Assembly: GCF_006345805.1 (NCBI RefSeq)
Contig: NC_043006.1
Location: 48,546,001-48,610,000, forward strand
Reading direction: 5' to 3'
Length of the DNA: 64,000 nt
DNA from: Octopus sinensis
Taxonomy: Eukaryota
Under the pieces are notes generated by a model. That model searched no databases. It saw only the letters and a list, made by a program, of their open reading frames with translations, and was not told where the DNA came from. The translations under genes and the position numbers were made by a program. This document shows, in pieces, positions 37,821 through 51,074 of this stretch; within the stretch, counting starts at the first letter, position 1; the number at the start of each line of letters is the position of its first letter.

Positions 37821-39552
37821 TATATATGTGAGGGAATGAGTACAAAATGAAGACAGTACAAGAAGGACAATTTTGAACAAATGTATTAGTTTAAATGCTC
37901 GTAAAGAAGGGGTCTTGACATTTTGAACAATAGTCCTTCATCAGAAGAAAGAAAATCACACACATATACACATTTTAAGATGCCTTCATTCCTTCCTCCA
38001 TCCTTCTATATGTAAATGTCAATGAAAATGAGTGCTCAATACCGCATTGGTGTATATAATTTAGGCTACCATTGGTTTCATGTTAAGAAAAGTAGGAAAA
38101 TATATCCTAGTGTCTTAACAATTTTTCAAGCTGATCATATGGAGAAAGGTGTTCACCTCCATTTCACCTAATGTCTGTTTTTCTATGCTGTCAAAGGATG
38201 GTTGGAATGCAGTACAGCTGAATGGTTAAGAAGTTTACATTGCAATTACAAGGTCCCAGGACAGATTTAGCACAATTGGAGGGTAGGCACTGACAGTTTT
38301 GAAGCTTGTTCAGATAGACTGCACCTGTAATTCAAAGGTTCATCTAACCTTTCTGCACATGGTCATGCTGATTCTACTTGAGATCACATGACATGTCTGT
38401 GGAATACTCAGCCACTATGAGTAGGTAGTTCACTTGATTGAACACCTGAACACTTGAAATCAACAGAGATCAATCGTGTGTGTATGTGGCTGGTGCCACA
38501 TAAAAAGCACCCAGTTCATTCTGTAAAGTGGTTGGCATTAGGAAAGGTATCCAGCTGTAGAAAACATGCTTAAATACAATTAGAGCCTGGTGCCTTCCTC
38601 TGGCTTGCCAACTCATGTCAAACCAACCAACCCATGCCAGCGTGAAAAAACAGAGTTTAAATGATAATGATGCTGTGTGTGTGTATGTGAAGGACCATTG
38701 CAAGATGCATATGTAGGGCAGGTGCTATGTCTCTGACACGTTTGGGGCAAATAATTTTCTACTTTAATAACTCATAACAGAGGTGGTGGTGGTGGTGGTG
38801 GTGGCGGTGGTGGTGGCGGCGACAGTGGCGGTGGTGGTGGTGGTGGTGGTGGCGGCAGTGGTGGTGGTGCTGCTGCTGCTAGAGATTTGTATAGTGGGAT
38901 GGGTGGGGTGTCTGAGTGGGGGGGGGGTCAGAGAGGTATTTTTATTATTTTCTTTTGGAAAGTTACACAAGCACAAATACACACATATTTCCTCTCATTT
39001 TGTCTTCCCCCCTCCCTCTCTCTTTCCCTCTCCCTCACACACACACACACACACACAGTTCATTTAAAATTTTAAAGACTTGTCTTGTTAGTAAGAGAAG
39101 GAAAAGTGAGAGAGGAATTAACAAACGAAAAGATGATGAAAATAAACAGAATTTTTAAACATGTACTGATGTAGTTACCTAATTAGTAACACAATACAGT
39201 AAGACTTTGGTGCCTGTTTGCTCTTGTTTAGGACTTTTTAGTACTTTTGTTGATTTTGTGTGTGTTTGTGTGAGGAGGTGATGTTTTCCCCTAAAACACA
39301 ATTTTCAAAATAAAAAAAAAATGGTCTTTTTTTTTTGTTAATTTTTTTTTCTCTTTTTTTTTTGTCTGAATGTTGTCCTTGTTGAACCGTTGTTCTTCTC
39401 TCTTGTGGAATTAATTAACTAAGCAAAATGAATCCTTCATGAGAATGTTTTCGTAAGAGTAAGTGGAGGGGCAAGTAGGGTATGGAGAAAAAATAATAAT
39501 AAAAAAAGAAACAGAAGAAATGGTAATCTCTCTCTCCCTTTCTTCTATATCT

Positions 39553-39629
<77 letters not shown>

Positions 39630-39639
39630 TACTGATGAA

Positions 39640-39955
39640 GGCACATGGCTCAGTGGTTTGAGTGTTGGGCTTACAGTCATGAGGTAGTGAGTTCAATTCA
39701 TGGGCCAGGTTGAGCAAGACACTTTATTTCACGTTGCTCCAGTTCACTCAGCTGTAGAAATGAGCTGCAATGTCTCTGGTGCCAAGCTGTATTGGCCTTT
39801 GCCTTTCCCTTGGATAACATTGATGGTGTGGAGAGGGGAGGCTGGTATGCATGGGCAACTGCTAGTTTCCATAAACAACCTTGCCCAGACTTGTGACTTG
39901 GAGGGGAATCTTCTAGGTGCAATCCCATGGTCATTCATGACTGGATGGGGTCTTT
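39640..39955 (+). mobile_element. tRNA-derived SINE, CpG-decayed
   Basis: GGCACATGGCTCAGTGGTT..GAGTTCAATTC head, then TTGAGCAAGACACTTTATTTCAC; related to 5584-5700. Confidence 0.7.
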
Positions 39956-40041
39956 ACCTTTTATACATACATACATACATATATATACACAAACACATAC
40001 AAAGAGAGAGAGAGAGTTTATTTAGGCAATCCAGTGGCTTG

Positions 40042-40144
40042 TTATTTTAGTTTCCTTCTCTGTATTGCTGGTTCCTCAGGAATAGGGTCATGGATATGAT
40101 TGAATAAAGATCTGTGAATGCTATTTAAATATTGCCAACATTTG
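40042..40144 (-). CDS. Candidate terminal coding exon (KCWQYLNSIHRSLFNHIHDPIPEEPAIQRRKLK*)
   Basis: Strong acceptor TTTGTTGTTTTCTTTTAG|C; 33 open codons, phase-compatible with the 43380-43527 exon; AATAAA ~20 nt after the stop (40017-40022). Could be chance. Confidence 0.4.
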
Positions 40145-42329
40145 CTAAAAGAAAACAACAAAAAAAAAAAGCATGAAAACAGGTTCACAGCATCTTGTCT
40201 TGGAATTGAATAAATTTTTCCTGTATTGATTATTTGATCACACTAGCTTTGATTTAGGGACCACTCAAGCAAGTTACTTGACCCACTTCTTCCATGTATC
40301 CGTCAAAGTAATGAATTGTAAAAGTTGTGATAGTATGAGAAACCCTATCATCTTCAAATTAATTCAGCAACTCTTACTCTTTACTCTTTTACTTGTTTCA
40401 GTCATTTGAGCACCGCCTTTAGTCGAGCAAATCGCCCCTAGGACTTATTCTTTGTAAGCCTAGTACTTATTCAATCAGTCTTTTTGCCGAATCACTAAGT
40501 TACAGGGACATAAACACACCAGCATCAGTTGTCAAGCGATGTTGGGGGACAGACACAGACACAAACATATACACATACACACACACATACATATATATAT
40601 GTATACATATATATATGAGTTCAAATTCTGCCATGGTCAACTTTGCCTTTCATCTTTTCTGGATGTGTACTGGGGTCGATCTAATTGACTGCCCTCCCCC
40701 CACCCCACCCCCACTAAATTTTTCAGGCTTTGTGTCTGTAGTTGACAAGATTATTATTATTGTTGTTTGGGTGAACAGGCAGGTTCTTTGGAGCATCAGA
40801 TAAATTGCTTTGGAGAGAATTTCTTTCAGCTCTTTATATTCTGGGTTCAAATCCTGCCATAGTCAACGTTACCTTTTATCTCTCTCTGGAACCAATAAAA
40901 TAAAGTACCAGTCAAGTACTGGAATGTCTTTGATCATAGGTCTTATAAATCAGTATAATCCAGGACTAAACAACCTCACTATCTTGTTGTTTTCAGCTAG
41001 ATAAGGTGATATATAAATATTGTATTATCTCATGGTGTTTGTTGTCAACTCTCTGAGAAAAAGAGAGAAAAGAGAAAATAACTTTTTAAACATCCTATTT
41101 ATAGATTTTTTTTTTTATTTTTAATACCAAATGAAATTTATATTTAAGGTTGTTATTACCTTCCCACTTTCACATTTTCCCCAACATCTCATATTCATGC
41201 ACTAAGGAATATTTAGAAACCCTACACCCTATCAATGTCTTCCCCCTGCAGGTGGTTCTGTTTTATTCTCCTGTTATTATCTCCTTTCTTCCTTCACATG
41301 ATAACACATGCACTAACAAGCACACCTTCCTCAATGAATTGGTCAGGTGGGATTCTTAACAAAAGGTTGTATTGAAAAACCAGAGGGCTTTTTTATCAGC
41401 TGCTTGCTTACTCAGTAAGGGATTTTTTTTTTCAGCCATGGCTTCAATAATTAGCTTCACAGCAACTAACATTTAATAACACATGTGACTTAAAGAAGAA
41501 AAAAAAACTCTTTGATCAACAAATAAATATTACACCAAAGCTTCTTTAAAAGAAATATCAAAACTTCCTTTTAGGGTTTCCTTCCCTATATAAATATTAA
41601 AACTATAGACTGACCTTTTACTGAAAGATCAGGCAAACTCTGAATGTCAGACTGCATTTTTTTTTATTATTTTGATAGTTTTTGTTTCTTTTTTTACTTA
41701 TCCAATTCCATGACATCAAATCAAAAGGTTTTGGAATTCTGCTTTCTAAAGAATTTGAACAGTTAAGGTTTGTTTTAAAGGATGCAGTTTATAAGAAGTT
41801 AGCTGCCCTCAAATGGTGCATTTACAAGAAGAATTAGAAATGTGTTATACTAGAAATGTGGAAATTTGTAGTCTTGTGTCTTATATATAGTGAAAACATT
41901 CAATAATTCCACATTGTGAATTGCAGAGGAAAGTATAAAAAGGAGGACAATGCACAGAAATTTTATGTTGAGCTATATATATATATATATCAAATAAAAT
42001 ATTTTCATAATCAACCGGTTTCACTTATGCTAATCTATGACTAAATTGTTAGTCAATAATGTTATAATTCCATTCCTACTAACATGGAATGAAAGCTTAT
42101 TATGATAGCATGGAATTGTAACATGATCACTAGCATTAACAGCATGTTTTCACTCCTATCCCCAACCTTCTAACTACAAACTGCATTCCTTTCATCTTCT
42201 GACCTCCACTCAACCCCCTTGAATTAAACTAACTTTCCTTCATTCACATCCCTGAAGTTTCATGTATTGTTGATAATGTGCTTGGTAAGCAAGCTACTTA
42301 CCACACAGCCACTCCTGTACCTATATATA

Positions 42330-42399
<70 letters not shown>

Positions 42400-42900
42400 G
42401 GCTTTCAGTTTCCATCTACTAAATCCACTCACACAGCTTTGGTTGGCCCCAACAAGATGCCTCTCCAAGGTTCCATACATCTATTATTATTTAAGATGTT
42501 ATTTTATGCAGATAGAGAGATGGAATGTAAGCTATCTTGTTGGCTCAACACTCTGTTGTGATGTATAGAAAGTGTGAAGTGAATCTTGCCAAAAATAGGT
42601 GTAAATTTATTAATGCATTACTTGGGGCGGGTATTAATAAAACAATGGATATGAAATCTAAAATCTGAGGAATCAAATACCAACCCCTAACTAGTAACAG
42701 CATTTAAATCCTCACTCTTGTCCCACACCTCCCAACTATAAACTGTATTCCTTTCACCTTCAAGCCTCCATTCAACCCCCTTCAGTGCACCATCCTCTGT
42801 TTTCTTACCGAACTACCTCTCCTCTCTTTTTGAACTTCCCTCTCTACCATCTTTTCTCTTTGCTATAGCCAACCTGGTGCAACACCCTGTTTATATATAA

Positions 42901-43288
42901 CTAGCAGTATAGCCCGGCGTTGCTCAGGTTTGTTTTCTTTTCGACCCTTTAGAATTGGAATTTTTAAAAAATAAAAATTTTGCATTATGCAGCTTGTTAT
43001 TCTCTATAAGTGAATATTTTTCTGGTTGAAATACACCAAAAAATGGCGACACAGCAGTAAAAAAAAATCATAAAAAATAGGGATTTTCATAGAAAAAAAA
43101 GCACCTTTTTTATGTAAATAATTTTTAGTCTTAACATGGTCCGATTTAAATTTTTTCATCTACGGAATGAAGAGCAAGCCTTCTTCTATCATACTCTCAA
43201 TTTTGCTCAACTTGCACCACAGGGTCTCAAAAGAGATAGTGTTAGTTGAAGGTTACCAAACCTGCCACACACACACAGACAACTTCAG

Positions 43289-43323
<35 letters not shown>
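42901..43323 (-). mobile_element. Non-autonomous Helitron (423 bp)
   Basis: Minus strand A|TCTATATATA..AAAGCTGAAG ... CCTGAGCAACGCCGGGCTATACTGCTAG|T shows 5' TC, a subterminal GC-rich imperfect hairpin, 3' CTAG, insertion between A and T, and no TSD. Confidence 0.85.
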
Positions 43324-43379
43324 TGTCAACTCTTTTGTGCAGTCCTAAATCCACCTTCCATAACCTGGATTGCTTTTAC

Positions 43380-43527
43380 CTATATTTCCAGTAATGTTTT
43401 TGAAAGAAATGTTGACTTGGCAATGCTTTGTATACAGGTGAGACAGGTCGATATCTGACATACTGGCAGATTGATTCAGAGAATATTTGCTTCACATACA
43501 ATGCCAACAGTTCCGGATCTCTTAAAC
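43380..43527 (-). CDS. Candidate internal exon (148 nt): LRDPELLALYVKQIFSESICQYVRYRPVSPVYKALPSQHFFQKHYWKY
   Basis: 48 open codons between CAACAG| (weak pyrimidine tract) and TAG|GTAAAA; retains 2 CpG in a CpG-poor domain; phases fit the 50974 and 40144/33366 candidates. Confidence 0.45.
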
Positions 43528-43793
43528 CTGTTGCACAGCATTTCATCATTATGAGTCATTCCCATCACCCCCACAACTTCTTTTTTCTGTCTTTGGTTTA
43601 TTCCAGCACCAGAATCACCTTTCCCCTGACTCCTTTGTAAACAGTAATTGATTTTTTTTTTTTACTTCTGGAAGTGTTCTCTCCTATTGGAATTAACAAC
43701 CAGTTATTTTTTCCTGAATTTCTCTCTTTTACTTTCTCTTTACATGCAGATGCACATGTGCCATACACCGTTTGATTCTTCCACTCACACATT

Positions 43794-43999
43794 TGAGTGG
43801 GGTGCTGAAAAGTTCCTGCCTTTAAGGGTGTCATGAAAGGCTTGGTTGGAGGCCCAACCTTTCGCAGGGCTTAGAAAATCTGAAGGACCACTGCAATAAC
43901 TGTGAATCTAAGAGGGGAATATGTTAAATAAAATCATAATTATCTGATCTTCCTGTATTTTCTTTTACCCCAAGCCAGGAACTTTTCAGCAACCCCTCA
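43794..43999 (+). mobile_element. Short mariner derivative with transposase C-terminal remnant
   Basis: Imperfect TIR GGG(G/T)TGCTGAAAAGTTCCTG at both ends. The interior reads QGLENLKDHCNNC/NLRGEYVK* with one frameshift, resembling the mariner C-terminus (RWxKCxxxxGxYVE). Confidence 0.65.
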
Positions 44000-44960
44000 T
44001 TCATTGGATTGCTTACACATACCAACCAGCATCTAGCTCTTTTTTTTTTTTTTACACAATTCCCCTCCCTGCTCACCATACACTGCATTCACCCATCTCT
44101 ATCTCAATCTCTAACCATCTACCACTCTACTGTCACATTCTTGCAAACATACCTACCCATTCACCCTGTCCAGTTCTCTTGACCATTTCTCTTGTTTTCA
44201 CTTTCTTGTAACTTAAGGGTATGCTCTGATACTCATTCACCATCTTTTCCCTTTTCTTCCATCTGGGGTAGCCATGTAGCTTCACTACTGCAAGACACCT
44301 ATTTCTGCCCCTCTATCATACTTTAATCTCTCATCACCTGACATGAAGCCAATACTCCCTCAATACCATCCCCCTTTCAGTTAAGGGGAGTCTTGCAATC
44401 TATTCGGTGACCTCTCTAGTGCTGGTGCCATGTAAAAAGTACCTGGTACTTTATGAAGTGGTTGGCATTCAGAAGAGTAATCAATCCACAGAAATTTCTC
44501 CAAAGCAGACATTGGAGTCCTCTGGCTCATCAGCTCCTGTCAAATTCTCCAGTCTGTGCTAGTATGAAAAACACTTTCATTGATGATGACGATGATTTGT
44601 TATCACTGTCCAGCTTCACTCAGAAGCCACCACATCCCCACCCACCCATTCAGTCATCCGAACTCTTTGAAGCACTACACAGACATTCTATTTCAGTTTC
44701 TCGACTTTCTCACTTTCCTTTTCTTTTTTACTCTTACTCTAACCTGACAAAGAGCCTGTATCAGAAATATTCATAATTTCTTCCCCCTTTTCAACACAGC
44801 TTAATCACACATTGATGTCGCTTTTGACATTTTTATTTCAGCTTTATTCCTTTGCTCTCTGTCATAAAAGTCTGAGAGCTAGATGGTAAGAGTAGCAGGA
44901 ATAACCAATTTCATGGAGATACGAGAAGGGAAACCAAATAGATCAATCTATCACCTTTAA

Positions 44961-45180
44961 CCCTTTTATTAACCATATTTCTGTCAAAATACTCTACCTT
45001 TGTTTCAACCAATTTTGGAAACGATGAAGAATTTAGTAGAATAACTTAGTCATTATTGAGTGTTTGAGACATAAAATTAATGCAGAACTCGGATGGAATA
45101 TTTAAATTTAGATCATTTTAAAATGAGAAGTTTGTATCATAGAACCGAAAGCAGTTTCAAACGAGTTATTATCAAAAGGG
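44961..45180. mobile_element. piggyBac-like MITE, 220 bp
   Basis: TTAA|CCCTTT ... AAAAGGG|TTAA; related partial copy at ~19755-19961. Confidence 0.8.
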
Positions 45181-45325
45181 TTAAAATGGTAAAGATTGTG
45201 TAACTTGACTATTCAGTGTTTGTTTATCCAATAATGTAGACTTGTTGGCCCCTAAATTCCTAATTATAATTTATATTTAGAATTACTGTTGTATAGGCTT
45301 GTATGTGAGGGTGTATATAGATATT

Positions 45326-45329
<4 letters not shown>

Positions 45330-45366
<37 letters not shown>

Positions 45367-47037
45367 ATACATTTCTGCAGATTTATAGGACAGGGGGGGA
45401 GAAAATGAATTAAAAATGTGTTTGATTTACTAACACAATATGCATATATGCTGTATGTATACAAACTTATGCAACATTATAACACAAGCCAAGCAACGTA
45501 CTGCCAAAATAATTCTCTGTCAGGTATCAGATATCCATCCAAAAACACTGTTTGTTCCTGGCCATTATGATATGCTGCCATTTTAGAATAAATATTTAAA
45601 ATTCATTTATTATTATGGTTAAGCTATTTTTTTCTTTCCCCCCGAAAAATATATTGCTATGTATATTAAATGTAAACAATGGCATTTTAGCATTTTATAT
45701 ACACATAGGTTATAAAGAACAAAAAATGGTTTTAAAAAGATATCTGAAATAAATGATTTATATGCAAGGAAATTTTATTGAACATTCTAGAAGTTAAATC
45801 AGAGCTTGGGGTTTTTTTTTTTATTTCTCTTCTTTTTATCTTTTTTTTTTTTACAATATGACACAAAAGTGGCAACAAATTCTACTTGCAAACATATCCA
45901 GTCCTTATTGTCTTTCATCTTTTACTTTTACTTGTTCCAGTCATTAGACTGCGACCATGCTGGGGCACTGCTTTGAAGGGTTCTTCCACTTGAACAGATC
46001 GATTCCCAGCACTTTTTTTTTTTTTATCGGTCTCTTTTGCTGGACTGTTAAGTCGCAAGAACATAAACACACCAATACTGGTTATCAAATAGTGGCAGAT
46101 GATAAACACACATACACACTCAGGATAGGCTTCCACACTGTTTCCATCCACCAAATTTGTTCACAAGATCTTTAGCCTGGGTTATAGTACAAGACACTTA
46201 TCTAAGGTGCCATGTAGTGTGACTGAACCTGAAACCAAGCTGTTTTTCCACAGCCATGTCTGCACCCAATTGGAGAAATGGAAAAGTTCAATTCTGGGTT
46301 TTGTGAGGCTCTCTCTCTCTCTCTCTCTCTTCCCTTCCCTGCATGGTACAGGCAAACTGGAGCAGGTGGAGTCATCCTTTTAACCCAGAGATGCATATTT
46401 ATCAGTGGTGGGTGACCCCAGTATTTTGTTGTTCCTCGATTTTATCAATCCCTGAAAGACGCACAGCAAAGTCAGCCTCAGAAAGATTCAAATTCAAAAT
46501 GTAAAATAGACACAATCAAGATCCAGAAATGTTTATCTGATATTCTTGCAATTTTTCCACGAGTGGAACTTCTTTCCTATCCTATCATTGGACCTTCTAG
46601 AAATAACAGCGAAATATGTCTCAAATCACATGTTGCTGCCTTAATGAGTAGGGTACACTAGATCTAGATAAAGTAGCCATATATATTATTCTAAAACAGA
46701 TGGGATTATCACAGTGAGATTGCTTTTGATTATAGATCTGCTGAATTTGTGTTGACCTGGGGTTAAACAACAGCCCATAGAGCCCATAGCTTTTTTTTTC
46801 TTTAAAATATTATTCTTTACTCTCTTTTACTTGTTTCAGTCATTTGACTGCGGCCATGCTGGAGCACCACCTTTAGTCAAGCAAATCGACCACAGGACTT
46901 ATTCTTTGTAAGCCAAGTACTTATTCTTTCGGTCTCTTTTTGCCGAACTGCTAAGTTACAGGGATGTAAACACACCACCATCAGTTGTCAAGCGATGTTG
47001 GGGGGGACAAACACAGACACAAACACACACACACACA

Positions 47038-47090
<53 letters not shown>

Positions 47091-48032
47091 ATACATTTCT
47101 GCAGATTTATAGGACAGGGGGGGAGAAAATGAATTAAAAATGTGTTTGATTTACTAACACAATATGCATATATGCTGTATGTATACAAACTTATGCAACA
47201 TTATAACACAAGCCAAGCAACGTACTGCCAAAATAATTCTCTGTCAGGTATCAGATATCCATCCAAAAACACTGTTTGTTCCTGGCCATTATGATATGCT
47301 GCCATTTTAGAATAAATATTTAAAATTCATTTATTATTATGGTTAAGCTATTTTTTTCTTTCCCCCCGAAAAATATATTGCTATGTATATTAAATGTAAA
47401 CAATGGCATTTTAGCATTTTATATACACATAGGTTATAAAGAACAAAAAATGGTTTTAAAAAGATATCTGAAATAAATGATTTATATGCAAGGAAATTTT
47501 ATTGAACATTCTAGAAGTTAAATCAGAGCTTGGGGTTTTTTTTTTTATTTCTCTTCTTTTTATCTTTTTTTTTTTACAATATGACACAAAAGTGGCAACA
47601 AATTTCTACTTGCAAACATATCCAGTCCTTATTGTCTTTCATCTTTTACTTTTACTTGTTCCAGTCATTAGACTGCGACCATGCTGGGGCACTGCTTTGA
47701 AGGGTTCTTCCACTTGAACAGATCGATTCCCAGCACTTTTTTTTTTTTTATCGGTCTCTTTTGCTGGACTGTTAAGTCGCAAGAACATAAACACACCAAT
47801 ACTGGTTATCAAATAGTGGCAGATGATAAACACACATACACACTCAGGATAGGCTTCCACACTGTTTCCATCCACCAAATTTGTTCACAAGATCTTTAGC
47901 CTGGGTTATAGTACAAGACACTTATCTAAGGTGCCATGTAGTGTGACTGAACCTGAAACCAAGCTGTTTTTCCACAGCCATGTCTGCACCCAATTGGAGA
48001 AATGGAAAAGTTCAATTCTGGGTTTTGTGAGG

Positions 48033-48063
<31 letters not shown>

Positions 48064-48749
48064 CTTCCCTGCATGGTACAGGCAAACTGGAGCAGGTGGA
48101 GTCATCCTTTTAACCCAGAGATGCATATTTATCAGTGGTGGGTGACCCCAGTATTTTGTTGTTCCTCGATTTTATCAATCCCTGAAAGACGCACAGCAAA
48201 GTCAGCCTCAGAAAGATTCAAATTCAAAATGTAAAATAGACACAATCAAGATCCAGAAATGTTTATCTGATATTCTTGCAATTTTTCCACGAGTGGAACT
48301 TCTTTCCTATCCTATCATTGGACCTTCTAGAAATAACAGCGAAATATGTCTCAAATCACATGTTGCTGCCTTAATGAGTAGGGTACACTAGATCTAGATA
48401 AAGTAGCCATATATATTATTCTAAAACAGATGGGATTATCACAGTGAGATTGCTTTTGATTATAGATCTGCTGAATTTGTGTTGACCTGGGGTTAAACAA
48501 CAGCCCATAGAGCCCATAGCTTTTTTTTTCTTTAAAATATTATTCTTTACTCTCTTTTACTTGTTTCAGTCATTTGACTGCGGCCATGCTGGAGCACCAC
48601 CTTTAGTCGAGCAAATCGACCACAGGACTTATTCTTTGTAAGCCAAGTACTTATTCTTTCGGTCTCTTTTTGCCGAACTGCTAAGTTACAGGGATGTAAA
48701 CACACCACCATCAGTTGTCAAGCGATGTTGGGGGGGACAAACACAGACA

Positions 48750-48783
<34 letters not shown>
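45330..48783. repeat. Near-identical tandem duplication, offset 1724-1730 bp, (CA)n breakpoints
   Basis: 45359-47012 matches 47083-48752, and the ORF track lists identical ORF pairs offset by 1724. The differences seen are homopolymer/(CT)n length changes and one A/G substitution (46879 vs 48609). Confidence 0.95.
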
Positions 48784-48791
<8 letters not shown>

Positions 48792-48955
48792 CGACGGGCT
48801 TCTTTCAGTTTCCATCTACCAAATCGACTCACAAGGCATTGGTCGGCCCAAGGTTATAGTAGAAGACACTTGCCCAAGGTGCCACATTGTGGGACTGAAC
48901 CCGGAACCATGTGGTTGGTAAGCAAGCTACTTACCACACAGCCACTCCTGCACCT
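48545..48955 (-). mobile_element. Family A SINE, full length (its truncated twin lies at ~46815-47082)
   Basis: Complete tail-(CA)n-head structure, ending CCACACAGCCACTCCTGCACC on +. Confidence 0.9.
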
Positions 48956-49304
48956 ATATTACTTAATTATTTTGATAATTATTTAGTTTCTAAATTTTTT
49001 TTTATCAAGATTTGAATATATTTAAGTGCAGGTAGCATAGTAATTAGTTTAATATGAATATTCAAAATAGCTAGACAATAGCAATTAAAAAAGTCTCTAT
49101 GAATTTTTAATTAACCTGAATTGATTAAATAAAGTTTTAACCATGAATCATTATAGTTTTCAGGACTCTTTTTTAACATTTTATATATTACTTATTTACT
49201 TGTTTATCCTTTTACCTGTGTATGTATCTATGTATGTGTGTGTGTGTATATATATACACAGACGCACACACATTCGCATGCACTTGTATGTGTGTTTGTG
49301 TTGC

Positions 49305-49700
49305 AAATTGGCGGAATCATTAGAGCCTATGGCAAAAAATTTCTTGCACCATTTGTTCTGAGTTCAAATTCCTCCGAGGTCGACTTTGCCTTTCATCCTG
49401 TCATGGTCGATTAAATAAGTACCAGTTATGCACTGGGGTCAATATAATCGACTTAATCCATTTGTCTGTCCTTGTTTGTCCCTTGTTTATATCCCCTTGT
49501 GAGTAGTAAAGAAATAGGTATTTCATCTGCTGTTACGTTCTGAGTTCAAATTTCGCCGAGGTCGACTTTGCCTTTCATCCTTTCAAGGTTGATGAATTAA
49601 GTACCAGTTACGCACTGGGGTCGATGTAATCGACTTAATCTGTTTGTCTGTCCTTGTTTGTCCCCTCTATGGTTAGCCCCTTGTGGGCAATAAAGAAATT
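49305..49700 (+). mobile_element. SINE family B with two tandem body units
   Basis: GAGTTCAAATT..GAGGTCGACTTTGCCTTTCATCC occurs twice; junction GAAATAGGTATTTCATCTG at ~49511. Confidence 0.85.
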
Positions 49701-50973
49701 AGAAGAAAGAAGGGATTGACTGCAGGAAAAGCATCTGGCCATATAACACTGCCTCCAGAAAACTCAGTTAGACCATGCCAGCATGGAAAAGCAGATGTAA
49801 AATGATGGTGATAACATATCCATGTAACTGTAAAGCCACGGGCCATAGAAACCACACAGTAGTACAACCGTATACGACAACACCACATAATGCTGCACCT
49901 ATACTCATTTATGTTAACACAAGTCAACCAACATGTAAATTTCTTCAATGAGGTGGGGAAAAAGAAAAGTATTCTAGTTAATGTGTAATTACATAACAGG
50001 CTTACTGCCATTGTCCATTATCATCGATAAATGCTGTCCAAGTAGGCTAGTTTCCTCAACAGCTTCGTCTATTTCGTAACCCTTAAATTAGCTTAACAGA
50101 TGCCTTTAATAAATACACGCTCCAAATTAGCTACCTTAACATCTGACTTCCTTTTAACGACTTCCTATATCATGGTGTCCCTGAATGTGTTCATCACATT
50201 ACGCAAGGGAGGGGGTCCCCTTAATTTAGTTCCCTTAACTATTTCCTTCATCACAGCCCCGCTTAAAATGGTAAATGGCCTTCCATTAATGAGTGTCTAT
50301 ATTACAGTCCCTAAATTGGTTTCCATAGCCACGGCTGAAATTAACAACCACTTGGGCTATCATTTCCACTACAGATTTTCATTGTTCTTTCTTTGTATTT
50401 CTCTAATCACAACCCCCCTTCTCCCACCAACGCCACACCACCTCCTTTGCTAAGACATTCTTCACTTCCAGGGCTACCTTACCAATACATCTCATTCTAA
50501 ACTACCACTTTTGGTATTCACTTTCAGGCCACCACCACCACCTTTCAAGTACTCCTACTTCTTGTAATTTTTTCCTTCTCCTCATCTCCTCCCCCTTCAC
50601 TGTTTCATGCTTGCAAGGTTTTGCTGTTCTCTTGTGACAAATAAGAAAAAGTCATTCTTATTTTACCTTTTTTTACTTGTTCCAGTCATTGGATTGCAGC
50701 CATTCTAGGGGACCACCCTGAAGGGTTAGTTGAACAAATCAACACCAGTACACATTTAGTCGAGTTTCTTTTGTCAAATCGTCAAAGGGATATAAACAAA
50801 CCAACACTGGTTGTGGAGAACAGACACACATGCATATATATTACATAGTGGCTGTGTGGTAAGAAGCTCATCTGTTGATGAGCTTCTTTTCTGGCTTTTT
50901 ACATTCTGAGTTCAAATCTCACTGAGGTGGAATTACTCTTTTAGCCTTTCAGATTTGATAAAAATGAAAATAC

Positions 50974-51074
50974 CAGTGAAATGGTATTTCCTCTTCTTCC
51001 CAACTGGGAAAATAAGTCTTTCAATGACGCCACACCATTCTGACTGGTCCATTTTAGGACCCATTTCAAATGTG
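50974..51074 (-). CDS. Candidate internal exon (101 nt): TFEMGPKMDQSEWCGVIERLIFPVGKKRKYHFT
   Basis: Acceptor GTTCTGTGGTCAACGATTCCAG|C and donor CTG|GTATTT; lies within a ~75-codon open frame; joins in phase to 43527 (..KYHFTG|LRDPELL..). The 5' boundary is uncertain. Confidence 0.4.

Noticed and set aside
40990-41052. Very strong minus-strand acceptor at 41053
   Set aside because: All frames close within 20 codons and there is no donor. It shows that polypyrimidine acceptors arise by chance here, which is why the exon confidences are kept low.
43392-44885. Plus-strand exon pair 43392-43437 and 44842-44885 (NVFERNVDLAMLCIQ|LYSFALCHKSLRAR)
   Set aside because: The splice sites are good and in phase, but the pair overlaps the longer minus-strand candidate and has no supporting chain or promoter. 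Not formally excluded; stranded RNA-seq would decide.
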